From a virus (lineage: Duplodnaviria; Caudoviricetes), in the IMG/VR virus record IMGVR_UViG_3300016478_000067, positions 1 through 54,761 of that record: a DNA stretch of 54,761 nt, one strand, 5' to 3'. The notes below the pieces were generated by a model that did not search any database, was not told the origin of the DNA, and saw only the letters and a list, made by a program, of their open reading frames with translations. Shown here piece after piece: positions 6,797 to 15,919 of this stretch. The position numbers were made by a program, and so were the translations under genes. How positions within the stretch are numbered: position 1 is the stretch's first letter; each line of letters starts with the position of its first letter.

Positions 6797-8623
6797 TTAG
6801 TCTTTCGCCTCCATCCAGTTGGCACCAACGCCCCAGTCGCAGGTAATAGGGACGCGCAGCTTTATCGGGTTGATCACCCCATCAAATGTGGTGTACAGCT
6901 TTGCGATCGGCTCGGGATCTGCACCCTTCTCCAGCGATATCCCGATTTCGTCGTGCACCGACAGCAGCAATCGCCCCGCCTCAGTCTCCTTCAAATGTCG
7001 GTGCAAAAGAATGAGCTGCTGCTTCATGCAGTCAGCGGATGTGGCCTGGTAAATTAGCCCTGACGCCTTGTGCACGAATTGACCGCCGGGGAACCTTAGC
7101 CTGCGCCCCATGATGGAGCGTACGAACCCGCGTTGCTTAGCGATAGCTGACGCCTTCCCTGCCATATCTTTCATGCCAGGATTGGCGGAGTGGTATTTCT
7201 CGAATATCGCCATAGCTTCCGGCCCCGCCTTCAGGTAAACATTGCCGCCTGGCCCTTTCTCCTCGGTAAACGGCAGTCCGCACTCCTGCGCCAGCCGGCC
7301 GGAGCCCATGTTGAAGGCAAGCCCGAGGTTGATAGCCTTACTGGACGGACCGCCGGCGTACTGCGCATTTCGTGGGATGCCGGTCATATCCGAGACCAGC
7401 TGGTGGAAGTCCAGATTCGGATCTTTGCGGTAGGCATCCAGAATCGCCGGCACCTGGCCGTAATGGTTGGCCACCCGGAATTCAAACTGGCTCCAGTCCA
7501 TGCCCAGCCACTGGGCACCCTCATCCGGCAGGAAAATCGGGCGCACGATGGATTTGATAGCTTTATCCCGTGATGGGATCTGCTGCAGCGCCGGTGCCGT
7601 GATACTGAGGCGGCCGGTTCCTGTTCCCGCCTCCGCGTCGTTTTTGGTCTGGTTGAAATTGCAATGAATCAGGCCGTCTTCTTGGTGCCCCAGGATGTGC
7701 CCAGACAGAAAGGTGTCCCTAGTCTTGAGCATCTTGCGCAAGTCCAGGATCATCTTCGCCGCCGGGTGTCGCATGCGGCGCAGGCAATCCGCGTTGATCG
7801 ACGGTTTGCCGCCCTCGGTGGATTCGGCTATTGTTCCGTCCACCAACCGCCACAGGCCCTCCTCGTCTTTCTTCGGCTGGAATAGCTTCGCGATCGAGCC
7901 AGAAGGGTTCGGGTTGACCTCGAAGCCCGCCATCCTATTGAGATTCCGCTGAGTGTCCTCCGCGCGCTCCGTGATGTCTCGGACGGCCTGCTCGGCCCGT
8001 TCTACGTCCACACGGAGCCCGTACTCCTCCATCTCGATCAGAATCGGCAGCAGCTGCAGCTCCAGCGAGTGCACCTGGGCCAGATCCGCCATGCCCATGG
8101 CCTCTTGGGCTAGATACAGCGCCTGAGTCGCCAGCGTGTCCTGTTTGGCATACCTACCGACTATCGATGGCGGTGCCCGGTGTAGGTTCGGCATCTGCGC
8201 CGACCGAGTAGGACGGCCCCCGAACAGTGCTGCCAGCTCGGGGTAGATCTCCGAGTCCTTGGCGATGCCGGCGTACTTGCGTGCTAAGAAATCCAGTTCG
8301 TAGGTGGGCTCGTGCTCGTTTAGCAGCGCTGCACGGATCATCGTGCAGTCGATGCGGTCCGGCGGCAGTACGATCCCCGACTCGCGCAGCATGTGGTAGT
8401 CGAATTTTAGGTGGTGCCCGACCCACTTCCCCACAGCCCCATATCGGATTACGTCCTGCAGCCACAGAATCACGCCCGGTGTCTCTCGGACATCCCAGTA
8501 ATACGTTGACTTGTCCGGAAGCGTGATGGAAATACCGAACACCCTATCCTTCCAGAAGTGCAGGCCGGTGGTCTCGGTATCGATCACCAGGTATGGCACC
8601 CGGTCTATTCGGGGAAAATTCAT
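6797..8623 (-). CDS. dpoZ: Family A DNA polymerase with 3'-5' exonuclease, DpoZ-type
   Basis: Exo DTETTG; TGRLS; motif A DWSQFEFR; motif B KAINLGLAFNMG; KASGLIYQ; motif C SVHDE; clustered with purZ. Confidence 0.88.
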   Translation of the reverse strand: MNFPRIDRVPYLVIDTETTGLHFWKDRVFGISITLPDKSTYYWDVRETPGVILWLQDVIRYGAVGKWVGHHLKFDYHMLRESGIVLPPDRIDCTMIRAALLNEHEPTYELDFLARKYAGIAKDSEIYPELAALFGGRPTRSAQMPNLHRAPPSIVGRYAKQDTLATQALYLAQEAMGMADLAQVHSLELQLLPILIEMEEYGLRVDVERAEQAVRDITERAEDTQRNLNRMAGFEVNPNPSGSIAKLFQPKKDEEGLWRLVDGTIAESTEGGKPSINADCLRRMRHPAAKMILDLRKMLKTRDTFLSGHILGHQEDGLIHCNFNQTKNDAEAGTGTGRLSITAPALQQIPSRDKAIKSIVRPIFLPDEGAQWLGMDWSQFEFRVANHYGQVPAILDAYRKDPNLDFHQLVSDMTGIPRNAQYAGGPSSKAINLGLAFNMGSGRLAQECGLPFTEEKGPGGNVYLKAGPEAMAIFEKYHSANPGMKDMAGKASAIAKQRGFVRSIMGRRLRFPGGQFVHKASGLIYQATSADCMKQQLILLHRHLKETEAGRLLLSVHDEIGISLEKGADPEPIAKLYTTFDGVINPIKLRVPITCDWGVGANWMEAKD

Positions 8624-8645
8624 TTCTGTCCTCTATTAGTCTCTG

Positions 8646-8664
8646 AAAAGGGGCTCGAAGCCCC
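8646..8664 (-). terminator. Putative terminator hairpin
   Basis: GGGGC-TTCGA-GCCCC-TTTT on the minus strand. Confidence 0.55.
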
Positions 8665-8685
8665 AATTATACTACCGGTGGGGGT

Positions 8686-8940
8686 TCAAAAAGGGATGTC
8701 GGACCCATCGAACGGTTGGTCATATTTCATCGGCTCCGCCTTCTTCTCCTTCGGGCTGAGCTTGAGTGAGAAATATTTCTTGCCTTCCATGCGACCGCCG
8801 GGTTTGCCCTCGTTTACCCAGGCCGAGACCCAATACTCGACGCCCTCGACGTTGATCGAGCCGGAGAATTCGGGATGCTTGTCGCTCTTGCGGTTCTCGT
8901 TGTGGGCTAACATGCCGGAATTGGTGTTGTCGTAAGCCAT
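8686..8940 (-). CDS. Small putative ssDNA-binding protein
   Basis: Compact beta-rich protein ending in an SSB-like DIPF tail. Confidence 0.55.
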   Translation of the reverse strand: MAYDNTNSGMLAHNENRKSDKHPEFSGSINVEGVEYWVSAWVNEGKPGGRMEGKKYFSLKLSPKEKKAEPMKYDQPFDGSDIPF

Positions 8941-8956
8941 TTTTCGTTACTCTCTT

Positions 8957-10372
8957 TCAGATTTTAAAGCCATTCGGACCATCGACAATATCGAGGACCT
9001 TCCTGGCGCGGGTCATCCCGACGTAGAACGTGCGGATCTCATCGTCGGGGAATTTCATTGCGGTCTCGGCCACGCGACTGGTCATGTCAGTCATCAGTAT
9101 CACCCGGTCCGCTTCGTGGCCTTTGCTTGCATGAATGGTGGACAGTCGGACATCGGGTTTTGCGTCCAGATCCGTGTCGATGTAGAAATCCAGCATGTTG
9201 ATCGGGACCTCCAGTCTAACATGGAATGGGCGAGCTGTTAGTTCCGACCATTTCCCATCGGTCACTAGACGTTTTGATGCAGCGTTGCACGCATGCAACA
9301 GCGTGTTCTTGGCCGATTCAGTGATTTTCTCACCACGGGCCAGCGCGTTGAACGTTCGGATAGCCGTCGCCCACCGGTTCTGGTACATCCCCGGCCTGCC
9401 GGACTCCCGCAGATACGGAATCCGCCCCTCGATCAGCGACTTCTCAACATCCCTCAATACTGAGTGCGTCCGTCCCAGAAGTAGCGTATCCTGCCCCCTC
9501 CGGATCGTAACCGAGTCGATACCGCCGAATATGCGGACCAGTCCCACATCACCGGTGCAAGTGAACACCTTATCGACGCGACGGCTGACGCGACGGATGA
9601 GGGACTGTGATTTTTTGTGCACTGCAACAGGTAGTCGGTGCGATAGTGATAGTACCTCGCTATCGCCATCATGCCGTTCGATGAATTCAGACATGCCATG
9701 CGGGTCGGCACCGGACCACGTGTAGATGGCCTGGTCATCATCCCCGGCCACTGTGACTGCTTTCGCATTCTCAGTGATTCGCTCGATGACCCGCCACTGA
9801 AGAGGTGATAGGTCCTGTGCTTCGTCAATAAAGAAGATTTCAGCCGGGGAACTGGCGCCGCCTTTGGCGACGGCGTCGAGCATGTCGGTGAAGTCCCAAT
9901 ATCCGAAAACAGATTTCCAGTCAGCGTACGCATGGCGGAACATATTGAATTCGGCGCGGGTTCCGGGGCGGTCGGATAGGTCATACGCCTCATCCGGGTC
10001 CGTGTAGGTGTTGCGCGAACGGTTGATAATGTCGAGATACGCATCGCCATCTGCCCTTTCTTCGTCGTCTTCCGGTGATTTACCAATGATCGGAACGCCG
10101 ACCTTGGCCGCAAATTCCCGCAGCTTTGCACTATCTACCACCTGTGGCTGCCGCAGGCCCATCAAACGGAAGCACATGGAATGGATCGTGCACACGTTGT
10201 CGGACCTGCGGATGCCGAGGCGCGATAATGCCTCACTGGCGGCCGCCCGTGTGAAGGACAGGAACGCGATGCCGTCTGGGGAAACCCCCAGGTCTTTAGC
10301 CTCCTGCACTCGGCGTAACAATTCCGTAGTCTTGCCAGTGCCCGGTGGCCCAAAAATAGCTTTTGTAGCCAT
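8957..10372 (-). CDS. Superfamily 1 (UvrD/Rep-like) DNA helicase
   Basis: GPPGTGKT, DEAQD, GDDDQAIY, STIHASKGHE, YVGMTRAR. Confidence 0.92.
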   Translation of the reverse strand: MATKAIFGPPGTGKTTELLRRVQEAKDLGVSPDGIAFLSFTRAAASEALSRLGIRRSDNVCTIHSMCFRLMGLRQPQVVDSAKLREFAAKVGVPIIGKSPEDDEERADGDAYLDIINRSRNTYTDPDEAYDLSDRPGTRAEFNMFRHAYADWKSVFGYWDFTDMLDAVAKGGASSPAEIFFIDEAQDLSPLQWRVIERITENAKAVTVAGDDDQAIYTWSGADPHGMSEFIERHDGDSEVLSLSHRLPVAVHKKSQSLIRRVSRRVDKVFTCTGDVGLVRIFGGIDSVTIRRGQDTLLLGRTHSVLRDVEKSLIEGRIPYLRESGRPGMYQNRWATAIRTFNALARGEKITESAKNTLLHACNAASKRLVTDGKWSELTARPFHVRLEVPINMLDFYIDTDLDAKPDVRLSTIHASKGHEADRVILMTDMTSRVAETAMKFPDDEIRTFYVGMTRARKVLDIVDGPNGFKI

Positions 10373-10419
10373 TCTGATGCCCTCTATCAAATCTATACCG
10401 GCCCCGAGGGGCCGGGTCA

Positions 10420-10671
10420 TCACGCCGCAATATTCAGGGCGCTATCTTCGTAGGCCAGAGCTTTCTGACGCAGCGGCTCCAGCTTCTTTCGGATCTCATT
10501 GAACCCATCAACAGATTCTTGGTTGTCGGCGTCCTTGGCAAGATATTCCATGTATGTGGATACCCGCTCGAACAGATAGTTGATGGTGTTCTTGTGTGCG
10601 ATCTGCTCGCGCAGCCTACGCTGCTCAACAGTCTCAGCCCAACCCTCATCGCCCACGGTTCGCATTTTCAT
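10420..10671 (-). CDS. Hypothetical protein
   Basis: GGAGAA RBS; ORF. Confidence 0.6.
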   Translation of the reverse strand: MKMRTVGDEGWAETVEQRRLREQIAHKNTINYLFERVSTYMEYLAKDADNQESVDGFNEIRKKLEPLRQKALAYEDSALNIAA

Positions 10672-10714
10672 TTCTCCGATGTTCGGTTATTGATGATCAG
10701 TGGATCGTTGGAAC

Positions 10715-10815
10715 CACTGTAGAACCCGGCTACGGCTAGATACCATAACTTCCCCTCAAGTCCCAACCATACCAGTCGCAACCGGGTTCTACAGTGATCC
10801 CCGTCTTTCCGGGGT
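10715..10815 (-). other. Structured intergenic element (long stem-loop plus GAAA hairpin)
   Basis: 15-bp perfect inverted repeat 10715-10729/10782-10796, extended by G.U pairs on the minus strand; adjacent CCCCGGAAAGACGGGG. Confidence 0.65.
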
Positions 10816-10860
10816 GTCAGCGAAGGTTTAGTAATAGCCCCCTAGCGCAGGGCCGTTAGA

Positions 10861-11622
10861 TCAGTACTCGGTATCGTGCTGGGTTACGGTCTCGTCCGCG
10901 TCGATGTCGTAATCACTGCTGACCTTCACACCGCCCTGAGAAATCGTATTGTACAGCTTCTCGGCGCGCTCGTAAATTTCCTTCGACACGAACCCGAGCG
11001 GGGTGACGTTCAGGTTGTAGTAGCTCTCATTTCGCGCGTTAGTCTCAGTCACTGCCGACAGCTTGTAGGCACGGGCGAACGAATCCATGTTGGTCATGCG
11101 AACCAGCGAATTCCAGCGCTTGCTGACCTTCATCTTGGACTTGGACATGGAGATGACCGCCTCCGTCCATTCGCCAGCATGGCCCACCAGCACGAAATGC
11201 TGGGCGGTGTCGATCGCTTCCAGGCCCTCTTCATTCAGCTGGGCGATGGCAGCATTGGCCGCAGCGAGGCTGGCGAAAGCGCCACGGAAACCGTTGGAAC
11301 CGCCGCCGCCCGACTTGCGATCTTTCCAAACCAGGTACTGCTTGGAGTAGTACACCGGAATCACAGTGACGGTCTCGCCGTACAGCTCGCGTGTCACGTT
11401 GTTGTAAAGCATGCCCTCATCGGCGCCCTCGATGTAGGCTGCGTCTTTCTTGTTGCGGGCCGGGGATAGCGCCTGGATGAGCTCGATTCGGGGGATGACA
11501 AGGTCATCGGCGCCGACGTTCTCAGCGCCTCGGCCGCCTTCTTTGCCGCGCAGGAAATCCGGAACCTCGTTGGTCACTGCGATTTCGAATTGGTTGGTGG
11601 TTGCTACTTCAGTCTTAGCCAT
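10861..11622 (-). CDS. Putative ssDNA-binding/annealing protein
   Basis: DLVIPRIELIQALSP motif, acidic C-terminus, position in the replication module. Confidence 0.55.
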   Translation of the reverse strand: MAKTEVATTNQFEIAVTNEVPDFLRGKEGGRGAENVGADDLVIPRIELIQALSPARNKKDAAYIEGADEGMLYNNVTRELYGETVTVIPVYYSKQYLVWKDRKSGGGGSNGFRGAFASLAAANAAIAQLNEEGLEAIDTAQHFVLVGHAGEWTEAVISMSKSKMKVSKRWNSLVRMTNMDSFARAYKLSAVTETNARNESYYNLNVTPLGFVSKEIYERAEKLYNTISQGGVKVSSDYDIDADETVTQHDTEY

Positions 11623-11701
11623 TTTGGCCGCCTTTCAGGTTTACAGGTGCCACTCGGGCACCGGGGGTTATGCCGACGGTGTGCCGGCGGATTCGATTAT
11701 A

Positions 11702-12133
11702 TCACGACCGGGTGATGCTGGCCCGGGTGAATGGTGAAACGTTGAGCATGTCCTCAGGGAACTCTTCCCCATTTTGGAACATTTTCTTGACAGCGGCTTT
11801 TAGCGTGGACGGGTTCACACTATTTTGCACCAGATCACCTCGGCCGTTATCGGATAGCCATTGGTAGAAATCCTCTTTGCGGTCAGATTTGATACTGACG
11901 TGCATATCGGAGGTAAGGCTGACGCGGCCAATACCATTCACAGCCAGGCGGGCGATACCCTCATCTTCCATCTTTGCCGGGATCTTGGTGATTCGCAGGA
12001 AATCGAAAGTGCGGTTTACCGCCTTCAGCTGCTGCTCCAGGTCCTCTTTCGCCGCCTGCACTTGCGACATCGCCGCGATCAGTTCCACCAGCGTCAGGCT
12101 ATCGTAGACCGAGAATTCGCTGTTCTCACTCAT
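11702..12133 (-). CDS. Conserved phage replication-module protein
   Basis: Coiled coil then FYQWL..NGRGDLV...VNPSTLKA pattern common in such modules. Confidence 0.6.
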   Translation of the reverse strand: MSENSEFSVYDSLTLVELIAAMSQVQAAKEDLEQQLKAVNRTFDFLRITKIPAKMEDEGIARLAVNGIGRVSLTSDMHVSIKSDRKEDFYQWLSDNGRGDLVQNSVNPSTLKAAVKKMFQNGEEFPEDMLNVSPFTRASITRS

Positions 12134-12458
12134 CGCTGCCCCCTTTGGTGCTGATGGTGACTGCCGCGTAGCATTGGTCGCGGCCATTCCATTTCAGGAC
12201 GTTGAACCGGTGCGTTTTTTCGGACAGTATCGCAAACACCAGCCCGGTGATGATCGGAGACCCGCTCGGAGCCACGTGATCGACCTCCGGGTCGTAGCGG
12301 TGAAGCCCACGGCGGATTTGCTCCACCAACTTCACATTGTGAAGCGACTGGCTAGCCATCGACACTTCGGACGCGGTGAGAAACACCACATCGCCGTAGC
12401 GCTGCGCATCACTGTAGTCGGCCGAAAAGACCTCTTGGGTCACATAGACTTTGCTCAT
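12126..12458 (-). CDS. Hypothetical protein
   Basis: ORF downstream of promoter 12492-12520. Confidence 0.65.
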   Translation of the reverse strand: MSKVYVTQEVFSADYSDAQRYGDVVFLTASEVSMASQSLHNVKLVEQIRRGLHRYDPEVDHVAPSGSPIITGLVFAILSEKTHRFNVLKWNGRDQCYAAVTISTKGGSDE

Positions 12459-12491
12459 TTTGTGTTGCTCTCTATTATCTCGTGAGCCTCT

Positions 12492-12520
12492 ATTATACAT
12501 CACGCTGGGGTGCCAAACAA
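12492..12520 (-). promoter_or_regulatory. Sigma70-like promoter TTGTTT-N17-TATAAT
   Basis: Read from reverse complement. Confidence 0.5.
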
Positions 12521-14221
12521 TTGCTCAGCATTTCTCGACTCGATGCTGGAGCGCACGTACTCGGACATGTCTTTCTTGTTTTTCACCGCGTCAATGATCG
12601 CTACGTCCACGGTGCCCTCGGCCACCAGATCGATATAGAGCACCGACCGAGTCTGGCCGATCCGGTGTGCCCGGTCCTCCGATTGATCCCGCTCGATATA
12701 GGAGAACGAATTGCTGAAATACACCACCATCTCGGCGGCGGTCATGTTCAGCCCGGTGCCCCCGGTCTGGGTGTTGCCCACCAGGAATCTGGCTCGGCGC
12801 TTCTGGAACAGCTCCTGCACGTTGTAATCGCGCTGCTCCTCCGGTATCGCCCCGTGGATCTCCACCACCTGGTCGTGCCCGTATTTTTCGCGCAGCGCAC
12901 CCACCACCATTCGGATCTCAGGTACGTACCGGCACCAGACGATGGTCGGGACTACGTGTTCCTCAGCTATTGACATCAACTCCTCGATCTTGGGATTCTT
13001 GCCCGGTATCAGTTGGTGGTCGTAGTTGGTGGTACCATCCTCCGACGGCTCACTTTCATATGTGATAATGCCGCCGCAAACCTCTTGCAGCCGGAGCATG
13101 CGTTCAAGCACTGTTTTGACGTACAGTCCCCGATCTCCAGTGACTGCTTTGTTGTTTTTAAGAATTTCTCGATATAGTCGTTTTTGCTCATCATTCAATT
13201 TCACCTCGCGGATCTCGTATACTTTAGGGGGTAGCTCGGTCAGTACGTCAGACTTACGAACCTGGTAGACGTATGGGGACACCAGCTCCACTAATTCCTC
13301 CATGTTTTGATACCCCACAATCTCCCGCCCCTCGTAGCCGCCCATCACAGCGTATCGATTACGGAACGAATAATAATCACCGGTACCAATGATATCCGGG
13401 TTAAGTAACTCGAACTGCATGAAAAGGTCCAGGGGCGCATTGGCCACCGGGGTGCCAGTCATCACCAACCGGTATTTCGCACCACGCGAAATCTTCACCG
13501 CCGCCTTGCTGCGGTTCGCTGAGTGGTTCTTGATCATGTGCGCCTCGTCCACCACCATGCCGCACCTGGTGCTGGTATTGACGAAACGGGTGGCAAGTTC
13601 TGCCGCTTTGCCGGCCGCCAGCGATTCGGTGCCCACCACCAGCACCTTCATGGCATCAGTCGCTGCAGTGTTCCATTCGAGGAATTTAGCCGGCTTGCCG
13701 GTATCCAGGATCAGGCAGTCGGTTTCTATCGGCGCATGGATCGCGAATTCCCGCACCCAATTCATCCGGGTGCTATACTTCGTAAGTATAAGAACTCGGT
13801 CTACTCGGCCCTCTAGAAAATAGGCTGAGTACAGGTCGATCGATGTTTTGGTTTTCCCGGTGCCCATGTCCATATAGAACGCGTACGCGGTCTTGTCCCA
13901 GGCCAGATCCAATGCCCTGCGCTGGTACTCCCGTGGCTTCGTCTTGAATTTGTAGACCTGGGGGAAGGGGTTAATAGCTTCAGCGGTCTGAACGGCCAGG
14001 GAGCGGTCTGCGGCATCGCGGGCCTCCGGCGACCATTGCCAGCCGGCGAGCTTGTCCACCATATACCTAGAATTTGCCCGTAGCGCCGGGGCTGTCCACG
14101 CCTTGCGCTTGGCGTCCCACCGCCTGCTCGGTATCTGGCGCACCGTGCTCACCATCCATGGTGGCGAGTACAGTATGAACCTGCCGGACTTGGCGTCGTA
14201 TTCGATTCGGGTGTCGACCAT
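12500..14221 (-). CDS. SNF2-family (SF2) helicase
   Basis: MDMGTGKT, VDEAH, MTGTP, GTGLNMT, QSEDRAHRIGQ. Confidence 0.92.
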   Translation of the reverse strand: MVDTRIEYDAKSGRFILYSPPWMVSTVRQIPSRRWDAKRKAWTAPALRANSRYMVDKLAGWQWSPEARDAADRSLAVQTAEAINPFPQVYKFKTKPREYQRRALDLAWDKTAYAFYMDMGTGKTKTSIDLYSAYFLEGRVDRVLILTKYSTRMNWVREFAIHAPIETDCLILDTGKPAKFLEWNTAATDAMKVLVVGTESLAAGKAAELATRFVNTSTRCGMVVDEAHMIKNHSANRSKAAVKISRGAKYRLVMTGTPVANAPLDLFMQFELLNPDIIGTGDYYSFRNRYAVMGGYEGREIVGYQNMEELVELVSPYVYQVRKSDVLTELPPKVYEIREVKLNDEQKRLYREILKNNKAVTGDRGLYVKTVLERMLRLQEVCGGIITYESEPSEDGTTNYDHQLIPGKNPKIEELMSIAEEHVVPTIVWCRYVPEIRMVVGALREKYGHDQVVEIHGAIPEEQRDYNVQELFQKRRARFLVGNTQTGGTGLNMTAAEMVVYFSNSFSYIERDQSEDRAHRIGQTRSVLYIDLVAEGTVDVAIIDAVKNKKDMSEYVRSSIESRNAEQLFGTPA

Positions 14222-14224
14222 GGC

Positions 14225-15784
14225 TCAATACTCCGGTTCGAAATTGGGTTCGTCGATGGCAACCCGGTACTCGTCGGTGAGTTCCACCAGCCACACGTTA
14301 ACCGGGTACGTGGCACCGGGTACCCGCATCTTGGTGTGCGTCGCCCCGAGCTCCCGCCGCAATGTGTTCCACAGGTCCATGCCGGACTGCAATTCCGCCT
14401 TGGTGCGCTTGAGGTATTCGGAAAATGCGATACCCTTGAACACCAACGTTCGAACACCATCGATAGACTGGACCACCGGTACGTTCCGCATAATAGCTTT
14501 ACGTTCCGCGATATCGGTGCCATCCGACGACAGGTCCGCTTTTTGTGCGAACTCTTTGAATTTGCTCACTATCACCCCTGATGCGCTGGCCTCCTTGGGC
14601 ACCTCTATGGTCTTGAGAGTAGGTACCAAGGGGTCAAGCACGTGCTTGCGCCACACCTCCTGGGAGATCTTCGGGATGTTGATCTTGAGCTGCTCGAAGA
14701 TCAACGTGCCCATCGCCTGCGGATCGCGCAGGATGATGGTGGGGATGTTGGAGATGAGCTTTTCGTTTACGTGGATGCCCCAGCGCGGCGGATCGGATTG
14801 GTATTCGATCAGCTCGGTGAACTTCGGCATGTTGTCGAACGAGTCCATCTCTTTGAGCTCTTCCGACGAGATGCCAAACTCACGGGTGACGCACACCTTG
14901 CGATCGCAGAGCGATTTGCAGGGGTCTTCGCCGCACTTGTATTGGTAATCCCGGCGCGATGCGGAGCGGATCACCTTACGGGCCTCCTGCAGGCCGAGCG
15001 GCTTGTCGAATATCCCCTTGTTCAGCTCCAGCGCATCCTCGAAGAATGTGTCCGGGCGGGCACGTTTCAGGTACACGGTGACGTTGTACATCGCCTCGTT
15101 GCGGGCGCCGGATTCCACCCCCATGTGGATCATCTTCTGGATGCAGGGCGGAGCTTCCAGGTGCTCACGGCCGCCATATTCACGCAGCTGGTCCGCTGTC
15201 ACCCTGCGGCTCTGGGCCATTCGAATGAACAACTCGAATGACATCGGGCGGCCGGATGAATCCAGCGCATATCGCGTAGTATCGTCACCGCCGAAATAGC
15301 ACAGATTCAGCCAGTTGCCAAGCGACTTCTCGCCACTCTTGGTCACCACCGAATCCTGCTTGGGGAAGATCTCAGTCTTGTGCGGTAGCGCCAGCATGTC
15401 GCGCCAGGAGCTCAGCAGACGGATCACCAACTTCGCTGGCAAGAACTCCGAACCGAATAGGTACAGGTGGGCGCCACCCCGCTTACTGCGACACATCACC
15501 AGTGGCAGCCGGTGTGCCTCGATCTTGGCCTGGATGCCCAGCAGGTCTACGTCCTCCGGGTCGTCGTGCTTGTCCACGTCGATGGCCCCGAACATCACCG
15601 TGCCGCCGTCGGTGATCGGGACGATGCCCAGCCCCATTCGACCGGCCACGTGGTCCTCGTAATTCGAAATCTGAACTTCGGCCTTCTCGGTCAGTGAATT
15701 CCCGGTGGCCGGGTCCCAACGGCCGTATGACCGTAGATTGCCCGCGAACAGACTCGCGAACTCGTTAATCAAGCTATTGCTCAT
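14225..15784 (-). CDS. AEP primase-polymerase (PrimPol) with PriCT-like region
   Basis: AIDVD (motif I), RSKRGGAHLY (motif II), EIFPKQ, GNWLNL, GARNEAMY. Confidence 0.85.
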   Translation of the reverse strand: MSNSLINEFASLFAGNLRSYGRWDPATGNSLTEKAEVQISNYEDHVAGRMGLGIVPITDGGTVMFGAIDVDKHDDPEDVDLLGIQAKIEAHRLPLVMCRSKRGGAHLYLFGSEFLPAKLVIRLLSSWRDMLALPHKTEIFPKQDSVVTKSGEKSLGNWLNLCYFGGDDTTRYALDSSGRPMSFELFIRMAQSRRVTADQLREYGGREHLEAPPCIQKMIHMGVESGARNEAMYNVTVYLKRARPDTFFEDALELNKGIFDKPLGLQEARKVIRSASRRDYQYKCGEDPCKSLCDRKVCVTREFGISSEELKEMDSFDNMPKFTELIEYQSDPPRWGIHVNEKLISNIPTIILRDPQAMGTLIFEQLKINIPKISQEVWRKHVLDPLVPTLKTIEVPKEASASGVIVSKFKEFAQKADLSSDGTDIAERKAIMRNVPVVQSIDGVRTLVFKGIAFSEYLKRTKAELQSGMDLWNTLRRELGATHTKMRVPGATYPVNVWLVELTDEYRVAIDEPNFEPEY

Positions 15785-15818
15785 TGGCTTTGCACCTCTA
15801 GTGGACTATGGAGACTGA

Positions 15819-15848
15819 ATTATACCACGGGCGCTGGGTGTTGACCAA
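15819..15848 (-). promoter_or_regulatory. Promoter for the primase operon TTGGTC-N18-TATAAT
   Basis: Extended -10 TGGTATAAT upstream of 15784. Confidence 0.6.
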
Positions 15849-15869
15849 GCCCCGAAGTTGTGTTATACT
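15841..15869 (+). promoter_or_regulatory. Divergent promoter TTGACC-N17-TATACT firing into the repeat element
   Basis: Near-consensus -35/-10 with TG extension. Confidence 0.6.
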
Positions 15870-15919
15870 GGAGTCTCTCGGGGCCGTGGTGCAACGCCAC
15901 ATGTATTCTTCTCCCCACA

